Assembly: GCA_964570265.1 (NCBI GenBank)
Contig: CAZMXO010000001.1
Span: forward strand, 1-41,772
Direction: 5' to 3'
Source: an uncultured bacterium
GTDB lineage: Bacteria > JAHJDO01
Length of the DNA: 41,772 nucleotides
A program made the translations under genes and the position numbers. Shown here in pieces: positions 15,871 to 23,686 of this stretch (the first letter of the stretch is position 1; the number at the start of each line of letters is the position of its first letter). The notes beneath the pieces were generated by a model that made no database searches, had not been told where the DNA came from, and saw nothing but the letters and a program-made list of their open reading frames with translations.

Positions 15871-16862
15871 ATGGCTATTAATCCATGGGTGCACGACGAC
15901 GATAAACAGGACTCTTCCGGTAAGAAACAAAAAGATAAGGAAAGTGCTTCAGGGAAAATAAGAGAGGATGTTTCTCAATCCAGTTCCTATGCCGAAAAAT
16001 TCCTATCTTCCCGTCCTTCGGAAGAGAAACAGAGACGTCCCGAGCAAGGAGATTCCTTTAAAGATCAATTTCTTCGGGGGGTAGAAAAAGAACCTGAGCG
16101 CCAAGAGAAATCCGAATCGAAAAAGCAGGTCAAAAAATCCAAGGTTCAGGTCGGAGAACTTTTAGAGAAACTCATCGCTAAACGAGATTCAATGTCCGAG
16201 ACAGACATACCGCGTCTTTCTAAAAAGGCAGAAAAACAGTTAGGTTCAAATTTAAAAGAACTCTCAGTCATTGAGGGCAATCTCATGGGAATGGATCGAG
16301 ATTTAATTACTCTCTATTACACCAGTTGCTTTTCCATGGAGGGGAAAACCACTGCTGTAGTAAACGCAGCCTTTGGACTTTCGGTGTATGGGAGACGGAA
16401 TGTGTTGCTGATTGACAGTAACAGTGACGCTCCCCTTATATCCACCGACTTTTTGGCGTTCCCAACGAGCCGGGGCTTCAAGACATTCTGAATGATACTG
16501 TTTCTGCTGAGGAGGCCATCGTCCCCACAGGCTATAAGCAACTCTATATTCTACCTGCCGGCGAAGAAAATGTGTCTCTGTCTGATGAAAGATTGAAGAA
16601 AAATCTAGAAATATTTAAGAAAAATTTTGATTTTGTGCTCATTGACGGAAAGTCCTTGCTCGCCTCTTCAGAAGTGAGCAATATCGCATCTGCCGTAGAC
16701 GGATTTTTGTTGGTGGTGAAATGCGAAAAGACAAAATGGGAGGTAATTCAGCTTGCTCAGGAAAAACTTAGGCAATCCGGTGCGCAACACATAGGTATTG
16801 TTCTTAACAAACGAAAGCATTATGTACCAAGAGCTTTTTACCGTTTTATTTCCAAACGGTGA
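15871..16862 (+). pseudogene. BY-kinase-like (CpsD/EpsB/ParA-fold) P-loop protein, disrupted by a -1 frame change near 16432-16435
   Basis: ORF 15871-16491 carries Walker A (SMEGKTT) and A-prime (VLLIDSNSD) motifs. The homology continues in the -1 frame (IHRLFGVPNEPGLQDILND...YILPAG...FVLIDG...DGFLLVVKCEKT...IGIVLNK) through to 16862. One extra C in the C4 run would restore a single ORF. Confidence 0.7.
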
Positions 16863-16894
16863 AGGTCGTTTTTTATGGGAATGGAGGATTTTAG

Positions 16895-17998
16895 ATGGCA
16901 AAAGCAGTAAGAATTAGAGCCGGGCAGGTAGGTAGAGCGAGGTGTCTAATAACGCATATATTGACTTTAGGTGCGGGGATGGTCTTGCTTCTTGTGTTCA
17001 TTCAGGGGTGTTCTACTTCTAAACCCATTCAGAGAGACTGCGAAGTGTCTCTTGGAAAGACTACCTTTTCCTTTGATCAAGGTGACTACCCTTCAGAATT
17101 GGGTCTTTTCTCCGAATATCTTGTCTCTCCTGGCGATGTGCTGGATGTCCTATATCAGATTAGAAGAACAAAAGTGGAGAAATTTCCCATTACCCTATAT
17201 CACACAATAAGCGTCAAGTTTGTTGACCTGCCTGAACTGAATGAAACTCAGGAAGTCTTGCCTAATGGAACAATTGTTCTTCCCTATCTTGGAAAGGTTA
17301 ATGTGTTGGGAAAGACCCCTTCTGAGTTAGGAGAAGAACTAAAAAAACGCTATAGTTCTATCCTTCAAGATCCTGAAATCTATGTGACAGTGCCGGGTTT
17401 CAACGCTCGGATTGATCAATTACAGCGAGACCTAAAAACCTCGACGCGAGGTCTCAGTAAACTTACTACTGTGCGTCCTGATGGCTATGCTACATTTCCG
17501 TTGATCGGGGATTACCTGGTGGCTAAAAAGACTATCCAAGAAGTAAGAGCAATGCTTCAGGAACATTATAAAAAGTATCTGCCTGGTTTGGATGTGAGCC
17601 TATTTCTCCACGAACAGTCAGGCTCTGTGATCTATCTTGTTGGTGAAATTGTGCGTCCTGGGGCATATAAAATAGATAAACCAATTGCTGTCTTCCAAGC
17701 TCTTACCCTGGCAGGTGGTCACACTACGAATGCTGAGCTTGAAAACGTGGTTATCTTCAGGGCACACGAGAAGAGGTGGGTGGCTAGGAGTCTCAATCTG
17801 AAAGATATTACTCAACTCAAACGCTGCGGTTCATTTTTCTATTTAAAACCGGGAGATATTGTCTTTGTATCTAAGACACGTATATCGAGTCTTGCGCAGC
17901 TTATGCGGCAGATCTCAGATATTACCCTATTCAATGGTTGGGGTTTCGGAATTGGTGATTCTGTGGATTGGATTGGACCTAACGAAGATATAAACTAA
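16895..17998 (+). CDS. Outer-membrane polysaccharide export lipoprotein (Wza-like; Poly_export + SLBB domains)
   Basis: 367 aa. Lipobox VFIQGC, a Poly_export motif region (PGDVLDV...LPYLGKVNVLGKTPSELGEELKKRY) and an SLBB-like segment (VYLVGEIVRPGAYKIDKPIAVFQALTLAGG). Confidence 0.85.
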   Translation: MAKAVRIRAGQVGRARCLITHILTLGAGMVLLLVFIQGCSTSKPIQRDCEVSLGKTTFSFDQGDYPSELGLFSEYLVSPGDVLDVLYQIRRTKVEKFPITLYHTISVKFVDLPELNETQEVLPNGTIVLPYLGKVNVLGKTPSELGEELKKRYSSILQDPEIYVTVPGFNARIDQLQRDLKTSTRGLSKLTTVRPDGYATFPLIGDYLVAKKTIQEVRAMLQEHYKKYLPGLDVSLFLHEQSGSVIYLVGEIVRPGAYKIDKPIAVFQALTLAGGHTTNAELENVVIFRAHEKRWVARSLNLKDITQLKRCGSFFYLKPGDIVFVSKTRISSLAQLMRQISDITLFNGWGFGIGDSVDWIGPNEDIN

Positions 17999-18014
17999 TA
18001 ATGAGGGATGAGTT

Positions 18015-19601
18015 ATGATTAAGACTCAAGATTATATTCGTGAATTTGTCACCACGTTATTTATTAGAAAGAATATAATTCTCTGTACTATGGTGATATT
18101 CGTTGTTGCCGCTTTCTTAATTGTCTTTTTCTGGCCTCCCATATTCGTTTCTACCGGTTCAATATTGGTCAAAACCAGTCGTCCGCTTAAGAGCCAGGTA
18201 AGCGTGGATGATGCAGAGTCAAAGATGACCCAGGTAAGCGAGGAGGATTTGTTTTCTGAGATGCAGATACTTACCTCTTATTCTGTGGCCGAAAGGACTG
18301 TCAAGCAATTACAAAAGGAAGGTAACTTTTTTAAAAACGAGCGTTTTTCGGAGAAAGCATTCCGCCAGCTGGTCGATAAGATAGAGGAGAATCTCTCTAT
18401 TGAGCTAGCTCCAAAGTCGAGTGTCATCAAGACCAGTTTTATATGGCAGGATCCTGAAAAAGCAGAACATATCTTGCAGACTTACCTTCAGGAATATCTT
18501 AATTACAGAACCGAACTGTATAATCCAAAAGAAGCTCAATCTTTCCTCTATGAACAGGTTCATAGATTTAATGAGGAACTCAAGAAGCAAGAGGATAAAT
18601 TAGTTCAATTGGCAGAGCAGGGCAGTCTTTCAGATCCGAAACGACAGATACAATCTAACCTGCTAATTCAGGAAAATTTAGAAAAAGTGATTATGGATTT
18701 AAAAAATAAACGCACTGAAAAGGGAGCGTATATTCAGCATATTCAAGATTCTCTGAGCTCACAAGACATTAATTCTTTCGCTTCGGTGGATGACATTAAA
18801 ATAGGAGATTTTGAGAAAAAACTTTATGCTTTAATGCTACAAAGACACGATCTTCTAAAGAATTATACCCCTGAAAGTCCAAAAGTTCAGCACACGGAGG
18901 AAGGGATTCAGGATATCTATAAATCCTTAAATGCAGAAGTTCAACAGCAGATTGATGCTCAAGAGATGCAAGGATCACAAGACATTAATTTTTTTACTTC
19001 GGTGGATAATCTTGAAATAGGTGATTTTGGAAAAAGGCTTCATGACTTGATAATGCAAAAGCAAAATATCTTAATGACTTATACTCCTGAAAGCCCGAAA
19101 GTTCAGCGCATAGAGAAGGAGGTACAGGATGTCTATGTATCTTTGAAGGCAGAAGTCCAGCGTTATATTGATGCTCAAAAAGCACAACTGCAAGGAGTTG
19201 AAGAGAGCATTGCTGTCATGGAAAGAAAATTGCGCAATCTGGAAAAACGCAATGTGGAGTTGTATAAAAATACAATAAAAAGTGATAGGATTAGCCGGGA
19301 GATCGGTTTCTTGGCAGAGTCATATAAAACCTTTGCCAAGCGCTTAGAGGAGATTAACATTGCCACCAATACCAAGGTAGATACTCTGTTTAATGTTGGT
19401 ATTTTAAGTAAGCCCAAGTTTCTTGCTGCGCCTATCTTTCCCGATAAAAAGAAAGTGATTCCGCTTGGTCTTTTGCTTGGTTTGATTGTCGGGGTCACCA
19501 TCGGATTTTTGTTGGAATTTTTCGACCATACTCTCAAGCGGCCGGAAGACGTGTATAACTATACGGATTTGCCGTATATTTATTCAATTCCCAAGTGGTA
19601 G
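18015..19601 (+). CDS. Polysaccharide chain-length determinant (Wzz/GumC-like PCP without a kinase domain)
   Basis: 528 aa. N-terminal and C-terminal TM helices flank a long coiled-coil periplasmic region with a Wzz-like N-terminal segment. The protein contains an internal 72-aa tandem duplication. Confidence 0.8.
   Translation: MIKTQDYIREFVTTLFIRKNIILCTMVIFVVAAFLIVFFWPPIFVSTGSILVKTSRPLKSQVSVDDAESKMTQVSEEDLFSEMQILTSYSVAERTVKQLQKEGNFFKNERFSEKAFRQLVDKIEENLSIELAPKSSVIKTSFIWQDPEKAEHILQTYLQEYLNYRTELYNPKEAQSFLYEQVHRFNEELKKQEDKLVQLAEQGSLSDPKRQIQSNLLIQENLEKVIMDLKNKRTEKGAYIQHIQDSLSSQDINSFASVDDIKIGDFEKKLYALMLQRHDLLKNYTPESPKVQHTEEGIQDIYKSLNAEVQQQIDAQEMQGSQDINFFTSVDNLEIGDFGKRLHDLIMQKQNILMTYTPESPKVQRIEKEVQDVYVSLKAEVQRYIDAQKAQLQGVEESIAVMERKLRNLEKRNVELYKNTIKSDRISREIGFLAESYKTFAKRLEEINIATNTKVDTLFNVGILSKPKFLAAPIFPDKKKVIPLGLLLGLIVGVTIGFLLEFFDHTLKRPEDVYNYTDLPYIYSIPKW
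18753..19184 (+). repeat. In-frame tandem duplication, 2 x 216 bp (72 aa), inside the chain-length determinant
   Basis: TCACAAGACATTAAT recurs at 18759 and 18975, a period of 216 bp. Unit 1 is SSQDINSFASVDDIKIGDFEKKLYALMLQRHDLLKNYTPESPKVQHTEEGIQDIYKSLNAEVQQQIDAQEMQ. Unit 2 is GSQDINFFTSVDNLEIGDFGKRLHDLIMQKQNILMTYTPESPKVQRIEKEVQDVYVSLKAEVQRYIDAQKAQ. About 42 of 72 residues are identical by hand count. Confidence 0.9.
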
Positions 19602-19667
19602 CGGAATAGTTAGTCGTTAGTTTTCTTTGGTAGTCAAAAAATCAACACAGTTAGGATAGCTAAGTAG

Positions 19668-20753
19668 ATGAAAGGGGATAGAGCAGTCGCGAGTATTGCC
19701 CTTTTGTTTTGTTTTGTTTTGTTTGGATCGTATAAGAGCAATGGTAATGCCGAACAACTCCCTCGCCGTATATCTCTGCCCGTGGGTATATGGGTCAGTT
19801 CCGAAAGGCTGACCAAATGTCCCACTTCAGGGTCTGCTTGGAACAGGCTCAAAAAAGCTGCCTCCGAACCCGTTTCTTTCTTGGCGTTAGACAAGCAGCA
19901 CAGCAGAGCAAATGTGCAAATCATGGCTAAGGCATTGGTTTATGCCAAAACAGGAGAAGAGCGGTATCGGAAAGAGGTTGTCTCTGCCTGCATGATGATA
20001 ATTGGCACCGAACGTGGCGGTACTGCTCTGGCGTTGGGAAAGCAGCTTATAGCCTATGTCCTTGCAGCTGACCTTGTCGGTCTGCCCGAAGAAGAAAAAT
20101 TGCGTTTTAGGGGCTGGCTTCGGGACTGTCTTTCCTATCGTTTTAAAAGCGGGAAGACTCTGCGGTCCACTCACGAACATCGACCCAATAACTGGGGAAC
20201 GCTGGCTGGAGCGAGTCGGTTGACTGTGGCCGTCTATCTTGAAGACATGGAAGAAGTGAAAAACTGCGCAAAAATATTTGAAGGCTGGCTCGGAAATAGA
20301 AGTATATATGCGGATTTTAAGTACAAGGACTGCTCCTGGCAGGCTAAGCCCTTAAGTCCGGTGGGCATTAATCCCAAAGGAGCTATTAAGAATGGACATT
20401 CCATTGACGGCGTCCTGCCGGATGACCAGAGACGTTGCGGGTCATTTCAGTGGCCGCCTCCTAAAAATAATTATGTCTATACTGCCCTACAGGGGGCTGT
20501 GGCCCAGGCTGTGATTCTATCAAGATGTGGCTATCCTGTTTGGAACTGGGAAGACAAGGCTTTGCTTCGTGCATTCAAGTGGCTTTACGATGTTGCAGAA
20601 TATCTTGCCGAGGGAAACGATATGTGGATGCTGTTTGTCATCAACCATGCCTATGACGAATCTTTTCCAGCCCCATTCCCCGATAAACCGGGGAAAAATG
20701 TGGCGTGGACTGACTGGACCCATGGCAATCATCTGGAGAATACCTTACCATGA
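19668..20753 (+). CDS. Secreted alginate-lyase-like (alpha/alpha-toroid polysaccharide lyase family) protein
   Basis: 361 aa. Signal peptide, and segments resembling the alginate lyase domain (AKALVYAKTGEERYRKE, AYVLAADLVG...WL, RPNNWGTLAGAS in place of the NNHSYW-type motif). The assignment is by eye only. Confidence 0.45.
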   Translation: MKGDRAVASIALLFCFVLFGSYKSNGNAEQLPRRISLPVGIWVSSERLTKCPTSGSAWNRLKKAASEPVSFLALDKQHSRANVQIMAKALVYAKTGEERYRKEVVSACMMIIGTERGGTALALGKQLIAYVLAADLVGLPEEEKLRFRGWLRDCLSYRFKSGKTLRSTHEHRPNNWGTLAGASRLTVAVYLEDMEEVKNCAKIFEGWLGNRSIYADFKYKDCSWQAKPLSPVGINPKGAIKNGHSIDGVLPDDQRRCGSFQWPPPKNNYVYTALQGAVAQAVILSRCGYPVWNWEDKALLRAFKWLYDVAEYLAEGNDMWMLFVINHAYDESFPAPFPDKPGKNVAWTDWTHGNHLENTLP

Positions 20754-20784
20754 CCAAACACAGAAGTTGATTAGGAAAAATGTA

Positions 20785-21492
20785 ATGTCCAGAGTTCTAA
20801 AAATAGACAAATTAAATCTCAAAACATTTTCTACAAAACAATCTGTTGAAAAGGAATATAATGTATATGGACTAACCAATGTAGAAAACGTTTTGATTAA
20901 GAAGTACTTTAAGAAGAAAGGCAAGGTATTGGATATTGGTTGTGGCACCGGAAGAACAACCGTTCCATTAGCAAAAATGGGGCATGATGTTGTGGGTATT
21001 GATTATTCTAAAAAAATGATAGGTTTTGCTAAAAAAAAGTACCCGAATATTCTATTTAACGTAATGAATGCTTCAGAGTTAAAATACAAAGAGAATGCAT
21101 TTGATTATATTCTTTTCTCTTTTAATGGATTAGATTGCATTGCTTCAGAACGCAAAAGATTTCAGTGCATTAAAGAAATGCGCAGGGTTCTAAAAAAAGA
21201 TGGAATCCTTATTTTTTCTACGCATAATCCTTTTAAACTGCCTTTAAACTCATGGAAAATGAAGGTGCTTATTGAAAATACATTAAGGGGGAATATTTTT
21301 AGAAAATATTGGATTGAACATTCTCCATTTGGAACTGTATATCTTTATTACAAAGATATTTTTAAACAAAAGAAAGATATAGAAAAGTTAGGTTTCGAAG
21401 TATTAGAAATTCGAGGTAAAAAATATCACTCTAAATGGGAAATTAGGTTATTTGAAAATGCAGCGCACTTTGTTTTAAGGAAGAGACAATGA
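20785..21492 (+). CDS. Class I SAM-dependent methyltransferase
   Basis: SAM-binding motif I VLDIGCGTGRTT and the post-I acidic residue VVGIDYS. I place the start at ATG 20785 (RBS AGGAAAA). The 86 codons upstream in the tracked ORF overlap the lyase-like gene and have no methyltransferase content. Confidence 0.8.
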   Translation: MSRVLKIDKLNLKTFSTKQSVEKEYNVYGLTNVENVLIKKYFKKKGKVLDIGCGTGRTTVPLAKMGHDVVGIDYSKKMIGFAKKKYPNILFNVMNASELKYKENAFDYILFSFNGLDCIASERKRFQCIKEMRRVLKKDGILIFSTHNPFKLPLNSWKMKVLIENTLRGNIFRKYWIEHSPFGTVYLYYKDIFKQKKDIEKLGFEVLEIRGKKYHSKWEIRLFENAAHFVLRKRQ

Positions 21493-22847
21493 TTACCTTG
21501 TTTGGAAGATATAAACCTGATAGTCTCAAGGCGCATCTAGCTCGAGGGGTGTCAGGCACATTTATTCTTTTGGTAAGTAATATTGCTTTATCCATGCTCG
21601 TCAGTGTGTTTCTGGCCAGGTTGTTAGGTGTTGAAGGTTTTGGTACCTACGCCTATGTCATGGCGATTCTTCAGGTGCTTCTCATCTTAGCTTCCTTTGG
21701 TTTGCCAACACTCATTGTGCGTGAAGTAGCAGCTAATAGAACAAAAAAAAATTGGGGTTTGATCCGTGGGCTCTTACGATGGTCTGCCCAAACAACCTTT
21801 ATGCTTTCCGTCGGATTAGGTTTATTTGCCGCAACTGCTACGTGGGTATTTAAAGACCATTTGGGGCAATACGACTTAATTACATTCTGGATTGCTATGA
21901 TTGCCTTGCCATTGCAGTCTTTTGTCCGCTTACAGGCGGCCGCACTGCGCGGCCTTCGAAAGGTTGTCATTAGCCAATTGTCAATGCGAGTTATTCATCC
22001 GTATCTGTTCCTCGCTTTGCTGGGAGCATCCTATCTGTGGCTACGCAAAGATTTTACAGTTCCAAAAGCCATGAGTATGTACGTAATATCCTTTGGAATT
22101 GCCTTTATAGTTGGATGGTTCTTATTAAGAAAAAATCTTTCCCTTAACACTAAAACTGCAACTCCCGTATATGAAACCAAATTATGGATAAAAAGCGCCT
22201 TACCTCTACTTTTTACTTGCGGCGTGGTAATTATTCACGACAAAATAGATATTCTTATGCTAGGTGCATTAAGAGGGACTGAGGATGTTGGTCTATATCG
22301 TGTTGCTCAGCGCGGGTCAGAACTTGTAGTTTTGATTCTAATAGCAGTTGAGATGGCGATTGGCCCAACTATTTCCAAGTTTTACACAGAAGGAAATATG
22401 CAAAAACTACAACGCATGATTACTATTAGCGTCAGAGTCGTTTTTGTTTTGTCATTTTCTTTTGCTTTTGGACTGATTATTTTTGGTTTTCGGATAGTAC
22501 CATTTATTTTTGGTAAGGAATTTGCTCCCAGTGTATTACCTCTTGCTATTCTCTGTGGCTCGTGGCTAGTGGCAGCTGGAATGGGTTCAGGTTCGGAACT
22601 GCTCAATATGACAGGTCATGAACGAGATACTGCCAAAGCCACAGCGCTATCGGCTGTAGCCAATTTAATATTAAATTCCATCTTTATTCCAATCTGGGGA
22701 ATTGAAGGCGCGGCAATTGCAACAGGTATAAGTATCATTCTGCGAGGCATTCTCATGGCAGTATGGGTAAATCGTCGTATTGGGATTCATGCCACTGTCT
22801 TTAGTCGTTTGAATCAAGGGATATTAAGTGCTACAATTCGCAGATGA
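21489..22847 (+). CDS. wzx: Wzx-type oligosaccharide flippase (MOP superfamily polysaccharide biosynthesis protein)
   Basis: 452 aa with about 12-14 predicted TM segments, an N-terminal region typical of polysaccharide flippases, and an ATGA overlap with the upstream gene. Confidence 0.75.
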   Translation: MITLFGRYKPDSLKAHLARGVSGTFILLVSNIALSMLVSVFLARLLGVEGFGTYAYVMAILQVLLILASFGLPTLIVREVAANRTKKNWGLIRGLLRWSAQTTFMLSVGLGLFAATATWVFKDHLGQYDLITFWIAMIALPLQSFVRLQAAALRGLRKVVISQLSMRVIHPYLFLALLGASYLWLRKDFTVPKAMSMYVISFGIAFIVGWFLLRKNLSLNTKTATPVYETKLWIKSALPLLFTCGVVIIHDKIDILMLGALRGTEDVGLYRVAQRGSELVVLILIAVEMAIGPTISKFYTEGNMQKLQRMITISVRVVFVLSFSFAFGLIIFGFRIVPFIFGKEFAPSVLPLAILCGSWLVAAGMGSGSELLNMTGHERDTAKATALSAVANLILNSIFIPIWGIEGAAIATGISIILRGILMAVWVNRRIGIHATVFSRLNQGILSATIRR

Positions 22848-22868
22848 AGAGAAAGAGAGTTGTCTTAG

Positions 22869-23675
22869 ATGTCTCTGAGTAAAGTTTTTGAAAAATCCAT
22901 TATTATTTCAGCGCACCCGGATGATGAAATTTTATGGTTCAGTTCAATACTGAAAGATGTGGACGAAGTTGTGGCGTGCTTTTCCCCCTCTTCTTTAAAT
23001 CCTATTCTGACTACAGGGAGGAAGACAATGCTGTCCGAATATCCTTTGAAAAACATCTCTTTCTTTGGTCTTGAAGAAATAGATATTCGCAATGCTACAT
23101 CTTTTGTCAATCCAGTACTCACCAAATTTGGAATCAAGATATATAATAATCCTATAGCCTCTAAAAAGTACAAAGATAACTATGACCTATTAGTTGACAG
23201 ATTGACAGATAAGCTAGCAAACTACAGGAATGTATTTACGCATAATCCGTGGGGTGAATACGGAAACGAGGATCATATACAAGTATATAGGGCAGTAAGC
23301 GCAGTGCAAAAAAAACATAATTTCAATTTATGGTTTACAAATTATGCCAGCAACAAATCGTTTAAATTAATGACGGAATACATATTCAAATGGCATTATG
23401 ACTATATAACTCTAGATACTGATAAAAAATTAGCTGAAAACATAAAAAGCCTATATCAGAAACATGGATGCTGGACTTGGTATAATGATTGTAAGTGGTT
23501 TAACGAGGAAGCATTTATTAAAGACGGTATCTTTAACCCGAGACTTGAAAGATATTCACAAGCGATTCCTTTGAATATCATAAAGGTTAGATTTTTACAG
23601 AGATCTCACAGGAATATTATAAGCTTATATAAATCCGCTTCAAACTTAATAAAGCGATACAGAAAATTGAAATAA
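22869..23675 (+). CDS. PIG-L/LmbE family N-acetylglucosaminyl deacetylase
   Basis: 268 aa. N-terminal metal-binding signature IIISAHPDDEILWF and a downstream HxxH-type region (NEDHIQVY). Confidence 0.7.
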   Translation: MSLSKVFEKSIIISAHPDDEILWFSSILKDVDEVVACFSPSSLNPILTTGRKTMLSEYPLKNISFFGLEEIDIRNATSFVNPVLTKFGIKIYNNPIASKKYKDNYDLLVDRLTDKLANYRNVFTHNPWGEYGNEDHIQVYRAVSAVQKKHNFNLWFTNYASNKSFKLMTEYIFKWHYDYITLDTDKKLAENIKSLYQKHGCWTWYNDCKWFNEEAFIKDGIFNPRLERYSQAIPLNIIKVRFLQRSHRNIISLYKSASNLIKRYRKLK

Positions 23676-23686
23676 TTTCCGAAATG

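Noticed and set aside
16428-16440. Programmed -1 ribosomal frameshift as the explanation for the split kinase-like gene
   Set aside because: No X-XXY-YYZ slippery heptamer is present at the required position (the sequence is GCT CCC CTT ATA), and I see no obvious downstream stimulatory structure. A 1-nt indel in the C4 run is the simpler explanation.
19634-19924. 96-aa minus-strand ORF overlapping the start of the lyase-like gene
   Set aside because: It is antisense to the signal-peptide region of a better-supported gene and has no motifs and no RBS.
20527-20784. 86-codon N-terminal extension of the methyltransferase ORF given in the track
   Set aside because: It overlaps the 3-prime end of the lyase-like gene in another frame and has an odd, Cys/Met-rich composition. 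The methyltransferase fold begins only after the ATG at 20785, which has its own RBS.
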